Of a stretch of DNA of 64,000 nucleotides, positions 1 through 10,412 are shown piece by piece; positions within the stretch are counted from its first letter, which is position 1; each line of letters opens with the position of its first letter. Made by a program: the position numbers and the translations under genes. This DNA comes from a virus. The DNA is taken from positions 1-64,000 of the IMG/VR virus record IMGVR_UViG_3300025168_000038; one strand, written 5' to 3'. The notes beneath the pieces were generated by a model, which made no database searches, was not told where the DNA came from, and saw only the letters and a program-made list of their open reading frames with translations.

Positions 1-1328
1 GGATTCTCAATGTCATTAGTATTTAAGTTATCAAATGCTGGATTTAATACAAACTTAACGTTAGCTAAGAAAGGAATAGTAAAGCTTGTGTAAGCAAAAC
101 CATAATCTAAATCCATACCAGAACCTTGTACAGCTCCAATATCTGTTGCATTTTGAACTAAACCAGAACCGTATACTTCATCAGCAATTGCTTTGTTGAT
201 AAGTTGCATACCTCCAATACCTGTTTGTACAACAAGTGATCTTTGTGGGTCTGGCCCTTTAAATTCAACTTTACCTTGATAGAAGTTATAAAGTTCAGAC
301 TTAAACATGTCAAGAGTAAATGATGACTTGTTATATACTCTCTTGAAAGAGTTATCTAACTGTGACCATAAACCTACAGATAATCTAATATCATCCGGTC
401 CATCTTGTTTAATTCTACCACCTTTACCCCACATTAGGTAAGTTTCAATATCCGTTGCAATTTTAGATAAGTGAGCTGCTTCCATATTTGTAATGAAAGT
501 TCTTGTAAGAGTTCCATTCTCAAATGCTTCTCTAGCACCAGCTTTACCCATATTTGCAACAAGTCCTTCAATACTAGGTACTGATGGATTGTTTGGATCT
601 GTGTTAAAGTTTCTCCAAATCTCAGTTACAGGTACTGTACCATCAGCGTTTAATCCGCCTTTGATCATTAAGTCTGCTCTTGAAGAAATTGAATAGTGTA
701 CATGTGCTTCTGCTCCTCCTACAAAATTGTAGAATTCACGGAAACCTGAACCTGTTTCAATGTCAGAGAATCTTTCACCGTACTCACCTCTTGCAGAACC
801 TTTTCTAAAGTACTTTGTACCTTTAGCTAAGTATTTTGCATCTAAAGTAGCGGCATTGTTATTATTTACTAATTGAACAGTGTATACAAAACCATCACCT
901 GCAGGTACAATATCGTCTGCTGTAATGTAAAGTTCTAGTCCATTATACTTGTCATAAGTAATAATGTCACCATGTCCAAAAGTTCTTTTGTTGATCTTAA
1001 TCTGGAAAGTTGTTCCATCTATACCCTTAGCAGTATTAGCAGAGTCTATATCTGCTACTATGTAAGGAAGATCTTGTGCAATAGGAGTTTGCCACTTGTA
1101 CTCACCTCTAGCGTTATCCACCATGATTGTATTCTTTCCACCGAATGATGCCATTTGATATAAAGGCATTTCTACCTTCTGAGTCATTGCCCATAAATCA
1201 ATTGGTCCCATATCCATAGGCTCAGCGTTGCCAAGCATCTGTGTTAGGTGATAAGAATCAACATGTGAACTAGCCTTGTAGCTTGTATCACGTAGGAAAA
1301 TCCCATTATTTAAAACTGGAGTTGCCAT
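1..1328 (-). CDS. Major capsid protein, crAss-like (3' end runs off the window)
   Basis: Not in the ORF track. Manual translation from the ATG at 1328 gives MATPVLNNGIFLRDTSYKASSHVDSYHLTQMLGNAEPMDMGPIDLWAMTQKVEMPLY. It sits after TerL, portal and an acidic protein, the canonical crAss head-module order. Confidence 0.85.
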   Translation of the reverse strand, partial: MATPVLNNGIFLRDTSYKASSHVDSYHLTQMLGNAEPMDMGPIDLWAMTQKVEMPLYQMASFGGKNTIMVDNARGEYKWQTPIAQDLPYIVADIDSANTAKGIDGTTFQIKINKRTFGHGDIITYDKYNGLELYITADDIVPAGDGFVYTVQLVNNNNAATLDAKYLAKGTKYFRKGSARGEYGERFSDIETGSGFREFYNFVGGAEAHVHYSISSRADLMIKGGLNADGTVPVTEIWRNFNTDPNNPSVPSIEGLVANMGKAGAREAFENGTLTRTFITNMEAAHLSKIATDIETYLMWGKGGRIKQDGPDDIRLSVGLWSQLDNSFKRVYNKSSFTLDMFKSELYNFYQGKVEFKGPDPQRSLVVQTGIGGMQLINKAIADEVYGSGLVQNATDIGAVQGSGMDLDYGFAYTSFTIPFLANVKFVLNPAFDNLNTNDIEN

Positions 1329-1383
1329 AAATTTGATTGTTTTTGATTAATAATTAATTTTCATTTATATTTAATTTATCTAA

Positions 1384-2694
1384 TTAAATGCGTTTAAAAA
1401 TGTTGTTAGCCCTTTGTAGTTTTTTTCTACCTGTTGTTCTAGCATTTGAAGGTTCTTTGTCTTTAACCCCTAATGAAGAAGATCCACCAGTATTAGCTTG
1501 TTCTGTTTTTAATTTTCTAACAGTTGCCTCTACACTTTTTTGTGCACCTTTATCCATTATCTTTGCTTTGTATCCGTCTGGATCTTGTAGCAACCATAAT
1601 GCTTCAGATATTAAACCATAGTTTGGCTCAACAAATTGATATTTTTCTAGTAAGTGTCCTAATAAATTAGTATTTCTACCACTCACTGATGGATAAGAAG
1701 GAGATACCAAACCATTATATAACATAGCTTGTGTTTTTTTATCTACCTTTATTTCATTAATCTTACCATCTTTTAATGTATTATATACATTTTTCATATA
1801 TTCTTGAGATGCTTGCTCTTGTTGTTTTTTCTTCAACTCTTGTTCTTGCAATTTTCTTGCAACAACTTTTTCTTGCATCTTATCTAATTTTGGTTTAAAC
1901 TTTGAAGCTTGTTTTTCTAACTTACCTAAGTCTTTCCAAATTTCTATTTCTTCTTGGATCTCTTCTGAAGTACCATAACCTGTTGCACCTAAATACTCAG
2001 TTATAATTCTTTCTTGATCCTTTTCTTCTTTTATATTTAAAGATTTACTTTCTTCAACTTGTGATAATGTAGAAAATAAACCTTTTAAATCTTGTCCACC
2101 ATCAGCTACATATCTTGCAGCTATTTGTAATTCTTGTGGTAAACTATCAAAAAATTGTTTAGGAGTCTCACGTCTAACTTGATTAGCTTTCTCATCTAAG
2201 TTAGCTTGTATAAGCTCCTCCCAGTCTTTAGCAGTATAATCCTCTAACTCTTTATCATCATCAAAAGGAACAATTTTATCATCCTTAATTAATTTTGAAA
2301 AGACATCAGATATACCATTAATTGGTTTTCTACCTTTTTTTACTTTAGCAACATCTTCTTCAGTTTCATTATCTAATGTATCTAAAATTTCAGTTGCTTC
2401 TTCTTTATTAGTTTCAGGTTCTTTAACTTCATCATTTACTTCTTCTACTTTTGCATCTACTTTTGATTCTTCAGTTTTAGCTGTTAAATCATCAGCATCA
2501 TCTTTATCTGGGTCAGCAAAAGAGAAATCTGATTTATTGTCATTCCCTGAAAAAATATTTTTTTGTTGAGGAGTTTCTTTTTTCTCCTCAGGTAAAGTCA
2601 TGGTATCACCTCCTGGTGCACCATTAAAGATCTCATCTAAATTAATATCAAGTGTCTCTACTTTACTATTCATAGTTGTTTCTTCTGAACTCAT
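1384..2694 (-). CDS. Conserved crAss-like protein between portal and MCP (acidic N-terminus, putative scaffold/structural)
   Basis: 436 aa with a D/E-rich N-terminus and coiled-coil middle; syntenic position. Confidence 0.7.
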   Translation of the reverse strand: MSSEETTMNSKVETLDINLDEIFNGAPGGDTMTLPEEKKETPQQKNIFSGNDNKSDFSFADPDKDDADDLTAKTEESKVDAKVEEVNDEVKEPETNKEEATEILDTLDNETEEDVAKVKKGRKPINGISDVFSKLIKDDKIVPFDDDKELEDYTAKDWEELIQANLDEKANQVRRETPKQFFDSLPQELQIAARYVADGGQDLKGLFSTLSQVEESKSLNIKEEKDQERIITEYLGATGYGTSEEIQEEIEIWKDLGKLEKQASKFKPKLDKMQEKVVARKLQEQELKKKQQEQASQEYMKNVYNTLKDGKINEIKVDKKTQAMLYNGLVSPSYPSVSGRNTNLLGHLLEKYQFVEPNYGLISEALWLLQDPDGYKAKIMDKGAQKSVEATVRKLKTEQANTGGSSSLGVKDKEPSNARTTGRKKLQRANNIFKRI

Positions 2695-2732
2695 AATTAT
2701 GTTGGTTTTAATAATTAATACTTTCTATATAT

Positions 2733-2744
2733 ATAATATAAGAA
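2733..2744 (-). promoter_or_regulatory. Candidate late promoter (TATATTAT)
   Basis: Same motif upstream of several minus-strand operon heads. Confidence 0.45.
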
Positions 2745-2812
2745 ATGTTTATTAAAACAAACTTATAATATTTAAAAAAATTTAAAAGTTTTTAGCAGTA
2801 TATAGCTAACGC

Positions 2813-5563
2813 CTATTTTTTATCATCAGATTTTCCAACATCATACTTATTTTTGTTTTCTCTTGCTATTTGAAGTTTAGTGTCAGCTATTTGTTTTTGT
2901 GCAGATATTTTCTCTCTTTCAACGTCTAACCTGCTACTCTCCATCATTTGTTTTGAATTAGATTCTTCACGTTTAAGATTCATTTGTTCTCTATACTGAG
3001 TAGTTTCTCTAATTTCTTTCATAGCATCTTGATAATCAGATTGTTGATTTTGATTAATATCTGCTGAAGCACCAAAACCTGCTGATCTAATTTCAGCTAA
3101 AGTAATATCATTCTGTCTGTCTTTATCATTTTCAGACATCTCTACTTGTAATTTTTGTTGTTCTTCTTGTGCTTTAGCTTCAAGTGCTTGTTGCTGCATT
3201 TGTTGTTGCTGCTGCATTTCTTGTTGACGTTGTTGTTGTTGTCTTACTTCTGAATCTTTTAATATGTCTGTTACTTCAGCAATTGAATCAGCTTTAACAA
3301 TATTTCCTAATTCATATATGCTTGCTCCAGTAGTATTATTAGTTAAAGCCATTTGCTTTAAGTTTTCTAGAATAGCTCTATGATTAGTTTTAGTTGTTGC
3401 AAAAATATTAAAATCTCTTAATAATAAATCTGTACCGTTTATGGTAAAATTAACCTTTTGTGCTTCTGTAGATATATAAGATAATCTAACACTTGGGTTA
3501 TTACTACAATAGTATTGTGCTAAGTCAGTTCTCATTTGATGCACTCTAGGCATTAATTGATCTGAATGCTGCACAAAATACATCTCTGTTTGAGCGTATG
3601 ATTGCTGCATAGCCTGGACTACCCCTGTTGCAGTTTGAGCTGATACAGCTCCTCCTAGACGTTGTGGGTTAATTCCTATGGCATCAAAGCATTGTTGTTT
3701 AAAGTAGTTTGCTAATTGGATTCTAGACATCAATCTACTAGTCTGCTCCATGTTCAAAGTTTGGTAATGATTGAAGTTGGTGGCATTCTCAGTATTAGTA
3801 ATTGAAGTATCTAAAGGTAACATTTGAAAATCTTTCATTGCTACCCATGCTTTTGCATAATTATTTTTACCCCAGTCTTCTCCCATTGAGTGACGTGGCA
3901 AAGCATTTTGATCAAACATGATTACTGTCCCTAATTCATCTATTAGAATGTCTGCAATTTGGTTGTTAACCATATTGTACCCAACTTGATATGCCTTCAT
4001 TAAATCTACTAATGAAGTTGATCTGGTATTTCTGTCTGAAAACACTCTCCCTTCTACAGGAAGTTTACATCCATAAAGTGTATTATTACCTTTAAACTGA
4101 AATGGTAATCTACCAGGTTTAGTTCTATTAATTCCTATATATATTGGGTTAATGTTATCCCCCATAGTTGATCTCCACATAGCTGGTAAATTTGGACCTA
4201 CCTTAACTCCACCCCATACTTCATTAATCCATATCCAATCTATATGCTCACCTTGTAAAAGATTTTCTTTTGTTTTGTTTTTAAAGATAGAAGTATCATA
4301 TACTGCTTTTTCAGTAATCTTAAATGTTTCATCAACTACTTCTTGTGTTACTTCACCATCATTTTCTATCTTAGTTAAATGACCTAACATACGTTGAGTC
4401 TTCCAATATATTGTTGAAACTCTCATTAAATTACCTTCATCTAAAGGAGTCATGTCTTCACTCTGATCTAGTATTTCACTTAGAATATCTCCTCCTGCTG
4501 ATGGATCATTCCAATAATTACTTGTGTATTGTCTATATGCTAAACCAGGCATTTGTGTATTCCACGCATGTGATCTAGTAGCATCATAGTATGAACCATC
4601 ATTTTGATAACCATTAACTTGATATTGTGCTGATCTTGCTGGATATATTTTTTGTAAAGATTCAAGTTGTTTCTTATCCATCAAATATCCATATCTATCA
4701 ACTACATCAGATACAGTCATAAGATCTACTTTACCTACATAGTTTGAATCTGCTATATATCTTTGATCTGGAGACTTTTGATAGAAGGTTAATACAGGAT
4801 TCCATAGCTCTACATCATAGTCATCTTCTAACATACGGAAATGCCAGAATTCTCTATCTGCTATAAGCATATCTCTAAATCCTCTTTCTTCTAGTTCTTG
4901 CATATGAAATCTTTCTTCATCTACTGCAAGTTGATGTGATGCCCATTCCTCTACCATACTTCTATAAGACTTACTAAAAAAGTCTTCTATTTCAGGTAAA
5001 GTTTTTAAATTTTCAGGTGATAGTTGTTTTAATCCTTCTTCTGATCCTGGGTTCATACCCATATCAAGCATCTTCATAGTAAGTTGTCTCTCAGCATCAG
5101 CTAATAAAGATTGCTCTACCTGCATTCTTTTTTGTTCAAGCATCTCATTATAGGATGCATCATCTACTGCTCTAAACTGAACCTTAGAATATCTTTTAGC
5201 AAACTCACCAGTTAATACATTTATAACATTTGGTACAATAGGGTAAAACTTTAATTCTAAAGCAGAGTCATTTTCTTTAGTAAGAACATCCATCATATCT
5301 TTATAATCATTGTCAGGTTCTACAATGTAATCTGTTTTATCTATTATACCTACAGCAAGTTTATAATTTTTTAAAAGTCTTCTTGCATTTAAACGTAAAA
5401 ATTCAATACCTTGTAATTCTAACCAATCAAGATTCCAAGCAGCCCAATCATCTGTTTTTTTAGAATATGGTAAAAATTGAGTTGGTTGTGTTAGACTTGA
5501 AAACGTAGGACCGCTTTCTGCCTTAGCACCATTCTTTAATTGCATTGCATTTAATACTCTCAT
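2813..5563 (-). CDS. Portal protein
   Basis: 916 aa directly downstream of TerL; KFYPIVPNVINVLTGE and SLVDLMKAYQ motifs; Q-rich coiled-coil C-terminus. Confidence 0.85.
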   Translation of the reverse strand: MRVLNAMQLKNGAKAESGPTFSSLTQPTQFLPYSKKTDDWAAWNLDWLELQGIEFLRLNARRLLKNYKLAVGIIDKTDYIVEPDNDYKDMMDVLTKENDSALELKFYPIVPNVINVLTGEFAKRYSKVQFRAVDDASYNEMLEQKRMQVEQSLLADAERQLTMKMLDMGMNPGSEEGLKQLSPENLKTLPEIEDFFSKSYRSMVEEWASHQLAVDEERFHMQELEERGFRDMLIADREFWHFRMLEDDYDVELWNPVLTFYQKSPDQRYIADSNYVGKVDLMTVSDVVDRYGYLMDKKQLESLQKIYPARSAQYQVNGYQNDGSYYDATRSHAWNTQMPGLAYRQYTSNYWNDPSAGGDILSEILDQSEDMTPLDEGNLMRVSTIYWKTQRMLGHLTKIENDGEVTQEVVDETFKITEKAVYDTSIFKNKTKENLLQGEHIDWIWINEVWGGVKVGPNLPAMWRSTMGDNINPIYIGINRTKPGRLPFQFKGNNTLYGCKLPVEGRVFSDRNTRSTSLVDLMKAYQVGYNMVNNQIADILIDELGTVIMFDQNALPRHSMGEDWGKNNYAKAWVAMKDFQMLPLDTSITNTENATNFNHYQTLNMEQTSRLMSRIQLANYFKQQCFDAIGINPQRLGGAVSAQTATGVVQAMQQSYAQTEMYFVQHSDQLMPRVHQMRTDLAQYYCSNNPSVRLSYISTEAQKVNFTINGTDLLLRDFNIFATTKTNHRAILENLKQMALTNNTTGASIYELGNIVKADSIAEVTDILKDSEVRQQQQRQQEMQQQQQMQQQALEAKAQEEQQKLQVEMSENDKDRQNDITLAEIRSAGFGASADINQNQQSDYQDAMKEIRETTQYREQMNLKREESNSKQMMESSRLDVEREKISAQKQIADTKLQIARENKNKYDVGKSDDKK

Positions 5564-5568
5564 ATTTA

Positions 5569-7761
5569 CTATTTATAATTTTTAAATCCAGATCTTTTGA
5601 TCTTACTACTTAAAGCACCTTTAGCTCTACCAATATTCTTAAAGGGGCTATACTTTAATTTATACAAATTTTCTGAGTTTACCAAGGAATTGTCCTCTGA
5701 TTCACGTCTTTTAGAATATCCTCTGTTAGATTGTTGTATTTTAACAAATGCAATTAATGCACCAAAAGCTACAAGTCTATCTACATTAAGACCAGGATAA
5801 TATGCTAACATTTCTTTTAATAACATTTGATCAGGTATTCTTTCTACCCCTAATGTCTGTGTAATTACATTACCACTGTCATCTAAATCTTCATCAATAA
5901 CCTCTCTTATAAATTCTATTGCATATGATATCAAATGACTTTTAAATAATGTACCTGTATTTTTCCAACCATATTCTTGATAAACTGATTTATTTGATCC
6001 TAGATCTTTTAAAAATAATATTTGTTGTTTAGGTACTAAATATCTTTGTTTTCTTCTAGCAATCATATGTTGAATAAATAAAGATATATTATTCTCTACA
6101 ATTGTCCATGCATTATACCATTCTATAAGTAACTCTAATCTTTCATGAGTTTTATTTATATCATCAAATCTTCCACACCATGCTGCTACTATTTTGTCTT
6201 TCTCAATAAACTGTTCAGTATCACCAGCTACTGTTTCTCTAATTACTTCTACTGCATTTTTATATACAAATATACTACATAATGAATCTGAGGTTGTAGT
6301 TTTACCTTCTGATACAGGGTCAATAGATGCATAATACTGACCAAAGTCAGGACGTTTTGATGTTGGTCTTTCCCATACTACTATTACACCAGTCTTATCA
6401 TGTTGTTTTCTATCTACTGGAAATCTTGATATAGGTAATTTATTAGATCTCTTAGCTACTATACCTTCTTGCTCTCTTGTTAAATCAATTAATTCATAAG
6501 GATATTCTTTTTCTTCAATCTTTTTAAGTTGTTTAGATAATACACCTTGAGGAAATATAGAAGCTTTTCTATATGCAAATGCTTCAGCAATGTTTAATGG
6601 TTTTTGTGATATTCTTAATTGAAATTGTTCACCATTTAATTCATTCTTCCATCTGTTTCTTTCTAACTCTATTGCTTCTATTGCTTCTTCTATTTGTGAA
6701 TTACCATAATCATCAATGTATGGTGGCATAGACCATTGCTCTGGAATAAACAAACCAGCCATACCTATTGTTCCGTCAGCATCTATTAGGTTTGTTTCTA
6801 CTGCAAATATATCATTAGCATCAGGATTCATAATCATTTCTTTCAAAGGATTACATTGATCTAAATCACCTACAGATCCTGCTGCTATAAACATACCTGT
6901 TGTCATCATTCCAGAAGACATAGCAGGACGTAAATACTCATATGTCTCAGACATCTTAGGAGCAATACCAGCCTCTTCATGAAAGAAGTATGTACATGGA
7001 CCCCCTACCCCTGTAGTTGCATTCTTTTCAAAAGAACCACCCTGTATCTTTGATTTAAGACCTCTTGCTGTTTTTCTGTTACCAATTTTTACTTCTATCT
7101 GTTGTTGCCATAACAAAACCTTTTCAGGATTACTTGGTCTATACCAAGCAGTATGCTCATTTAAAAATATTTTATATTCTTCTAAAAACTTCCAGGAACC
7201 TTTATCATTAATAAAGTCTTTTAGTGAAGCACCAATCTTACACGTACTTCCTTCTTCAAACCAATAGGTATTTATTATCTTACCCATGTGAAAGTATGAT
7301 GAAGCTATCTGACGTTTTTTTAGTATAGCAGAATGTTGATTATTTAACTCTGCTAACCATTCATATAATGCCATATGATACTGTGCATCCCTTACTTTAG
7401 CAAATCCGTAATGTTTTTCTTCTTTATCAAATATTGGTAAGAAGTTTAACCACATATAATAATCTCTAGTTATATACCAAGTCTTATCTTTCTCTTTGTA
7501 TATAACACCATTCCTGCATTTATTCTTTTGGTCATCCCAATATGCTGTAAAATCTTTAGATCTAAATGGACTAGAACAATAAACACCTTCTGCTGTAAAT
7601 TTTTTAGCTTCCTCATTAAATTTATAAGCCATCTCAGTAAAACCATATTCACCTGGTTCACTAAAAATTGACTCAATAAATTCTCTAAACTCTAGATCAT
7701 TTTTAAATTCAGTAGTTGTCCATTTATTATTATCATATGTAGGTATGATTCTACTCATCAT
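5569..7761 (-). CDS. terL: Terminase large subunit
   Basis: ILKKRQIASSY (Walker A-like), FFHEEAG (Walker B), ASIDPV nuclease motif and C-terminal NVDRLVA. Confidence 0.9.
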   Translation of the reverse strand: MMSRIIPTYDNNKWTTTEFKNDLEFREFIESIFSEPGEYGFTEMAYKFNEEAKKFTAEGVYCSSPFRSKDFTAYWDDQKNKCRNGVIYKEKDKTWYITRDYYMWLNFLPIFDKEEKHYGFAKVRDAQYHMALYEWLAELNNQHSAILKKRQIASSYFHMGKIINTYWFEEGSTCKIGASLKDFINDKGSWKFLEEYKIFLNEHTAWYRPSNPEKVLLWQQQIEVKIGNRKTARGLKSKIQGGSFEKNATTGVGGPCTYFFHEEAGIAPKMSETYEYLRPAMSSGMMTTGMFIAAGSVGDLDQCNPLKEMIMNPDANDIFAVETNLIDADGTIGMAGLFIPEQWSMPPYIDDYGNSQIEEAIEAIELERNRWKNELNGEQFQLRISQKPLNIAEAFAYRKASIFPQGVLSKQLKKIEEKEYPYELIDLTREQEGIVAKRSNKLPISRFPVDRKQHDKTGVIVVWERPTSKRPDFGQYYASIDPVSEGKTTTSDSLCSIFVYKNAVEVIRETVAGDTEQFIEKDKIVAAWCGRFDDINKTHERLELLIEWYNAWTIVENNISLFIQHMIARRKQRYLVPKQQILFLKDLGSNKSVYQEYGWKNTGTLFKSHLISYAIEFIREVIDEDLDDSGNVITQTLGVERIPDQMLLKEMLAYYPGLNVDRLVAFGALIAFVKIQQSNRGYSKRRESEDNSLVNSENLYKLKYSPFKNIGRAKGALSSKIKRSGFKNYK

Positions 7762-8029
7762 ATCTTACTATGGCAAACACATCACCTTCTTGGACAAGAA
7801 GATGTTCTACATTTTGGTGCATCATTGGTGTTGGCATAGCGTGTTCTGCATATTGTACTATATCTCCTACTTCTATTTCATGTACATCTTTTCCTTTTCC
7901 TACCACAGTACCTTTGTATTCTATCTTCTGTGCTATTTCAGGAATATATAATCCAGACTTAGTTTTAGTTTCTACACTCCATTTTTTTAATAGTAATTTT
8001 TTACCTACCGGTATAACTGTCATACTCAT
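7751..8029 (-). CDS. groES: GroES/Cpn10 co-chaperonin
   Basis: PVGKKLL, mobile loop TKSGLYIPE, GTVVGKG, VGDIV and EGDVFAIV. Confidence 0.9.
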   Translation of the reverse strand: MSMTVIPVGKKLLLKKWSVETKTKSGLYIPEIAQKIEYKGTVVGKGKDVHEIEVGDIVQYAEHAMPTPMMHQNVEHLLVQEGDVFAIVRYDE

Positions 8030-8044
8030 ATTTAATAATTTTAT

Positions 8045-8563
8045 TTATAGTTGGTCATAAGCTAATCCTGCACCACCACGCACAGAGCTTTCTTGTTCTT
8101 GTTTCATATCTAAAAATGCACCCTTATATGATTGTCTTATTTGTTCAAACTTAGCAGCTGCATTTATCATAGAATTCATATTACCGTCTCTACCATGTTC
8201 TATAGGGGTTACCTCCATATACTTACCTAATCTATCTAACATAGCTTTAATACCCACATAAGCTCTATAAGTAGGTGTTTCATATAGTTTCTTACACATA
8301 TCATAACCATATCTAATTGTTCCATCTTCTGGTGATTCTTCTAATTTTATTTCTTCAATGATAATATCTTCTTTTTGATGCTCAGGCAAATTAAAAAAAG
8401 GATTAAGATCAGGATCAGGACAACTCATATAAAATATATATTGATATACTTGCATATGTGTATCTGGATATTCATCCATTATCTTTTTTAAAAACGGAAG
8501 AGCATAACAATGTTCTGTTACAACTAAAGTTTGATTTTGTATATCAAATAGTTTTACTATCAT
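8045..8563 (-). CDS. Conserved crAss-like hypothetical protein upstream of TerL (possible terminase small subunit)
   Basis: 172 aa, helical, ending VRGGAGLAYDQL; function inferred from position only. Confidence 0.45.
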   Translation of the reverse strand: MIVKLFDIQNQTLVVTEHCYALPFLKKIMDEYPDTHMQVYQYIFYMSCPDPDLNPFFNLPEHQKEDIIIEEIKLEESPEDGTIRYGYDMCKKLYETPTYRAYVGIKAMLDRLGKYMEVTPIEHGRDGNMNSMINAAAKFEQIRQSYKGAFLDMKQEQESSVRGGAGLAYDQL

Positions 8564-8805
8564 AATATATTATTTTTAAACTCTTCATAACCTATTCTTA
8601 ATACAATAGGTTTTTCTGCACCTTTCATTAATACTTCAGTATAATCATTCTGAAAAGCTTCTCTTCCTAAATGGAAGTATTGCTTAAAGTATGCTATATC
8701 TTCTAAATCAATAGTTATCATTGTCTCAAAAAAAGCAAAGTCAGTTGGTATTCTTGATGTAGATGATTGTATTGGTACTGCTGCTGTAAATTCTTTTAAT
8801 TTCAT
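8560..8805 (-). CDS. Hypothetical protein
   Basis: 81 aa overlapping both neighbours by 4 nt. Confidence 0.6.
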   Translation of the reverse strand: MKLKEFTAAVPIQSSTSRIPTDFAFFETMITIDLEDIAYFKQYFHLGREAFQNDYTEVLMKGAEKPIVLRIGYEEFKNNIL

Positions 8806-9614
8806 TGGTTATCTTTTATCCACATCATTAGTGAGTTTACTTCATCTCTTAGATATGGTAGTTCATATATTTTTATATTCTCTAAAACTGGCTCACCATC
8901 AACATGTTCATTAATTGGATAACCGTTTGAATCTTCTCCTACTTGTTTAAACTTTACATGTTGTATAACTAACTTACCTATCTTTAGTTTAGGATTGTGC
9001 TTTTTAATAATATACGCATAAATACTGAGTTGAAGATTATAATGATTAAGATTACAATCATCTAAATGATTGACAGGTCTGAACATTTTATTAGTAATAC
9101 CCTCCCAATTTGTAAATCCTTTATCCTTTATTTCTTTATTTGTTTTATAATCTGTAATATTTATATGTCCATTTACTACTTCAACTAAATCTGCTTGACC
9201 ACATATACCAACTGACTTTAAAAATACTAAATGTTCTGGGTATACACCCTCCTCAAGTTTTTGATTGGGTGATATTTTTATACCCTCATCATTAACTAAA
9301 GGTTTTATAATTGGTACTTCTGTACCTTCTCTTTGAATAGTTTTAAAATCTAACATATCATTCTCTCTTTGATTATGATAGAAATTGCCTAATTTTATAG
9401 CTCTTTCTGTTTCACCATCCCATGCAGCAATAATTTCTTTAGGTGTCATCCCATGCCATTTAGATCTTTTATTTTTAGATGACTTAATTGCTTGACCATC
9501 TCTGTCAAATTTAGGTTTAAATTTACCTACAAGTCCAGTAACACTAACCCATGATATATTATCATTATCTGTGCTTTGATATACATGTCCTTCCTCTTTA
9601 AATAGTATTGCCAT
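8802..9614 (-). CDS. PD-(D/E)xK exonuclease
   Basis: SVTGLV, GNFYH, GQADLV, ITDYKT and YNLQLSIY motifs. Confidence 0.85.
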   Translation of the reverse strand: MAILFKEEGHVYQSTDNDNISWVSVTGLVGKFKPKFDRDGQAIKSSKNKRSKWHGMTPKEIIAAWDGETERAIKLGNFYHNQRENDMLDFKTIQREGTEVPIIKPLVNDEGIKISPNQKLEEGVYPEHLVFLKSVGICGQADLVEVVNGHINITDYKTNKEIKDKGFTNWEGITNKMFRPVNHLDDCNLNHYNLQLSIYAYIIKKHNPKLKIGKLVIQHVKFKQVGEDSNGYPINEHVDGEPVLENIKIYELPYLRDEVNSLMMWIKDNQ

Positions 9615-9709
9615 TATATTGTGTTTTTAAATTATATGTATCTGTAGAACACCATACAACTTCTATATCTCCCGCTATACTAGTATTACTATTAATTAAT
9701 ATTGTATTT

Positions 9710-10051
9710 TTATTTTTCATGTTCTTGATTTTTAATTACTTGTTCCATAACCTTTTCTTCTTGTTCTTCCGTTGCCATTGCTTTCCAATATGTCTTAGGA
9801 CATTCAGATGATAATGATCTTATTTTAAATGCTAAACTACAACCACAATCTGAACAACATGGTTGTGTGCCTGGAGCAACACAGCTATCTCCAAATGCAT
9901 CAAACATAGAACACTCAATACATATTTGATATCTCTCTGTAGCTACAGCTTCTACATGCTCTTTCCTAAATATATTATTCTTTATACCTTCTGTGATTTT
10001 ATCTACATTCTTAAATATACCTAAAAGATTTTTAATATTATATGCTGCCAT
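9710..10051 (-). CDS. Cys-rich putative metal-binding protein
   Basis: CIEC...C...CCSDCGC...ECPKTYW. Confidence 0.6.
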   Translation of the reverse strand: MAAYNIKNLLGIFKNVDKITEGIKNNIFRKEHVEAVATERYQICIECSMFDAFGDSCVAPGTQPCCSDCGCSLAFKIRSLSSECPKTYWKAMATEEQEEKVMEQVIKNQEHEK

Positions 10052-10412
10052 TTTTATTATTCTTAAAGTTTTTTTTATCTATTATACTTTTTTCAATTTG
10101 TTCTCTTGCTTTTTCCATATTATCAATATTTAATTGTATGTCTTCACTTTTAGCAAAACCATTATAAGTTCTTTTAGCTATGTTACCCAACATACTTTTA
10201 TTCCTCTTTATAGCTTTATCAAGTTTACTCTTTCTTAAAATAAAAGTACCTAATCCATCCACTTGGATTCTAGGATACTGTAAATTAGATAAATGTTTTC
10301 TTAGCTTAGCATAATAAAAAGCAATAAAATCATCTACCACTGATTGATGAACACCAACTTCTTCTGCTATTTTTTCTTTAAACTCTTTATGCTTCTTGGG
10401 ATTCATTACCAA
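10038..10412 (-). CDS. HU/IHF-like DNA-binding protein
   Basis: KIAEEVGVHQSVVDDFI...IQVDGLGTF resembles the HU/IHF signature. Confidence 0.7.
   Translation of the reverse strand: MVMNPKKHKEFKEKIAEEVGVHQSVVDDFIAFYYAKLRKHLSNLQYPRIQVDGLGTFILRKSKLDKAIKRNKSMLGNIAKRTYNGFAKSEDIQLNIDNMEKAREQIEKSIIDKKNFKNNKNGSI

Noticed and set aside
3180-3245. CAA/CAG-rich repeat in the portal gene as a possible contingency locus
   Set aside because: Mixed codons encoding an ordinary Q-rich coiled coil, in frame
8802-9614. Cas4-like nuclease as evidence of a CRISPR system
   Set aside because: No Fe-S cysteine set, cas genes or array; stand-alone PD-(D/E)xK nucleases are routine in crAss-like head modules
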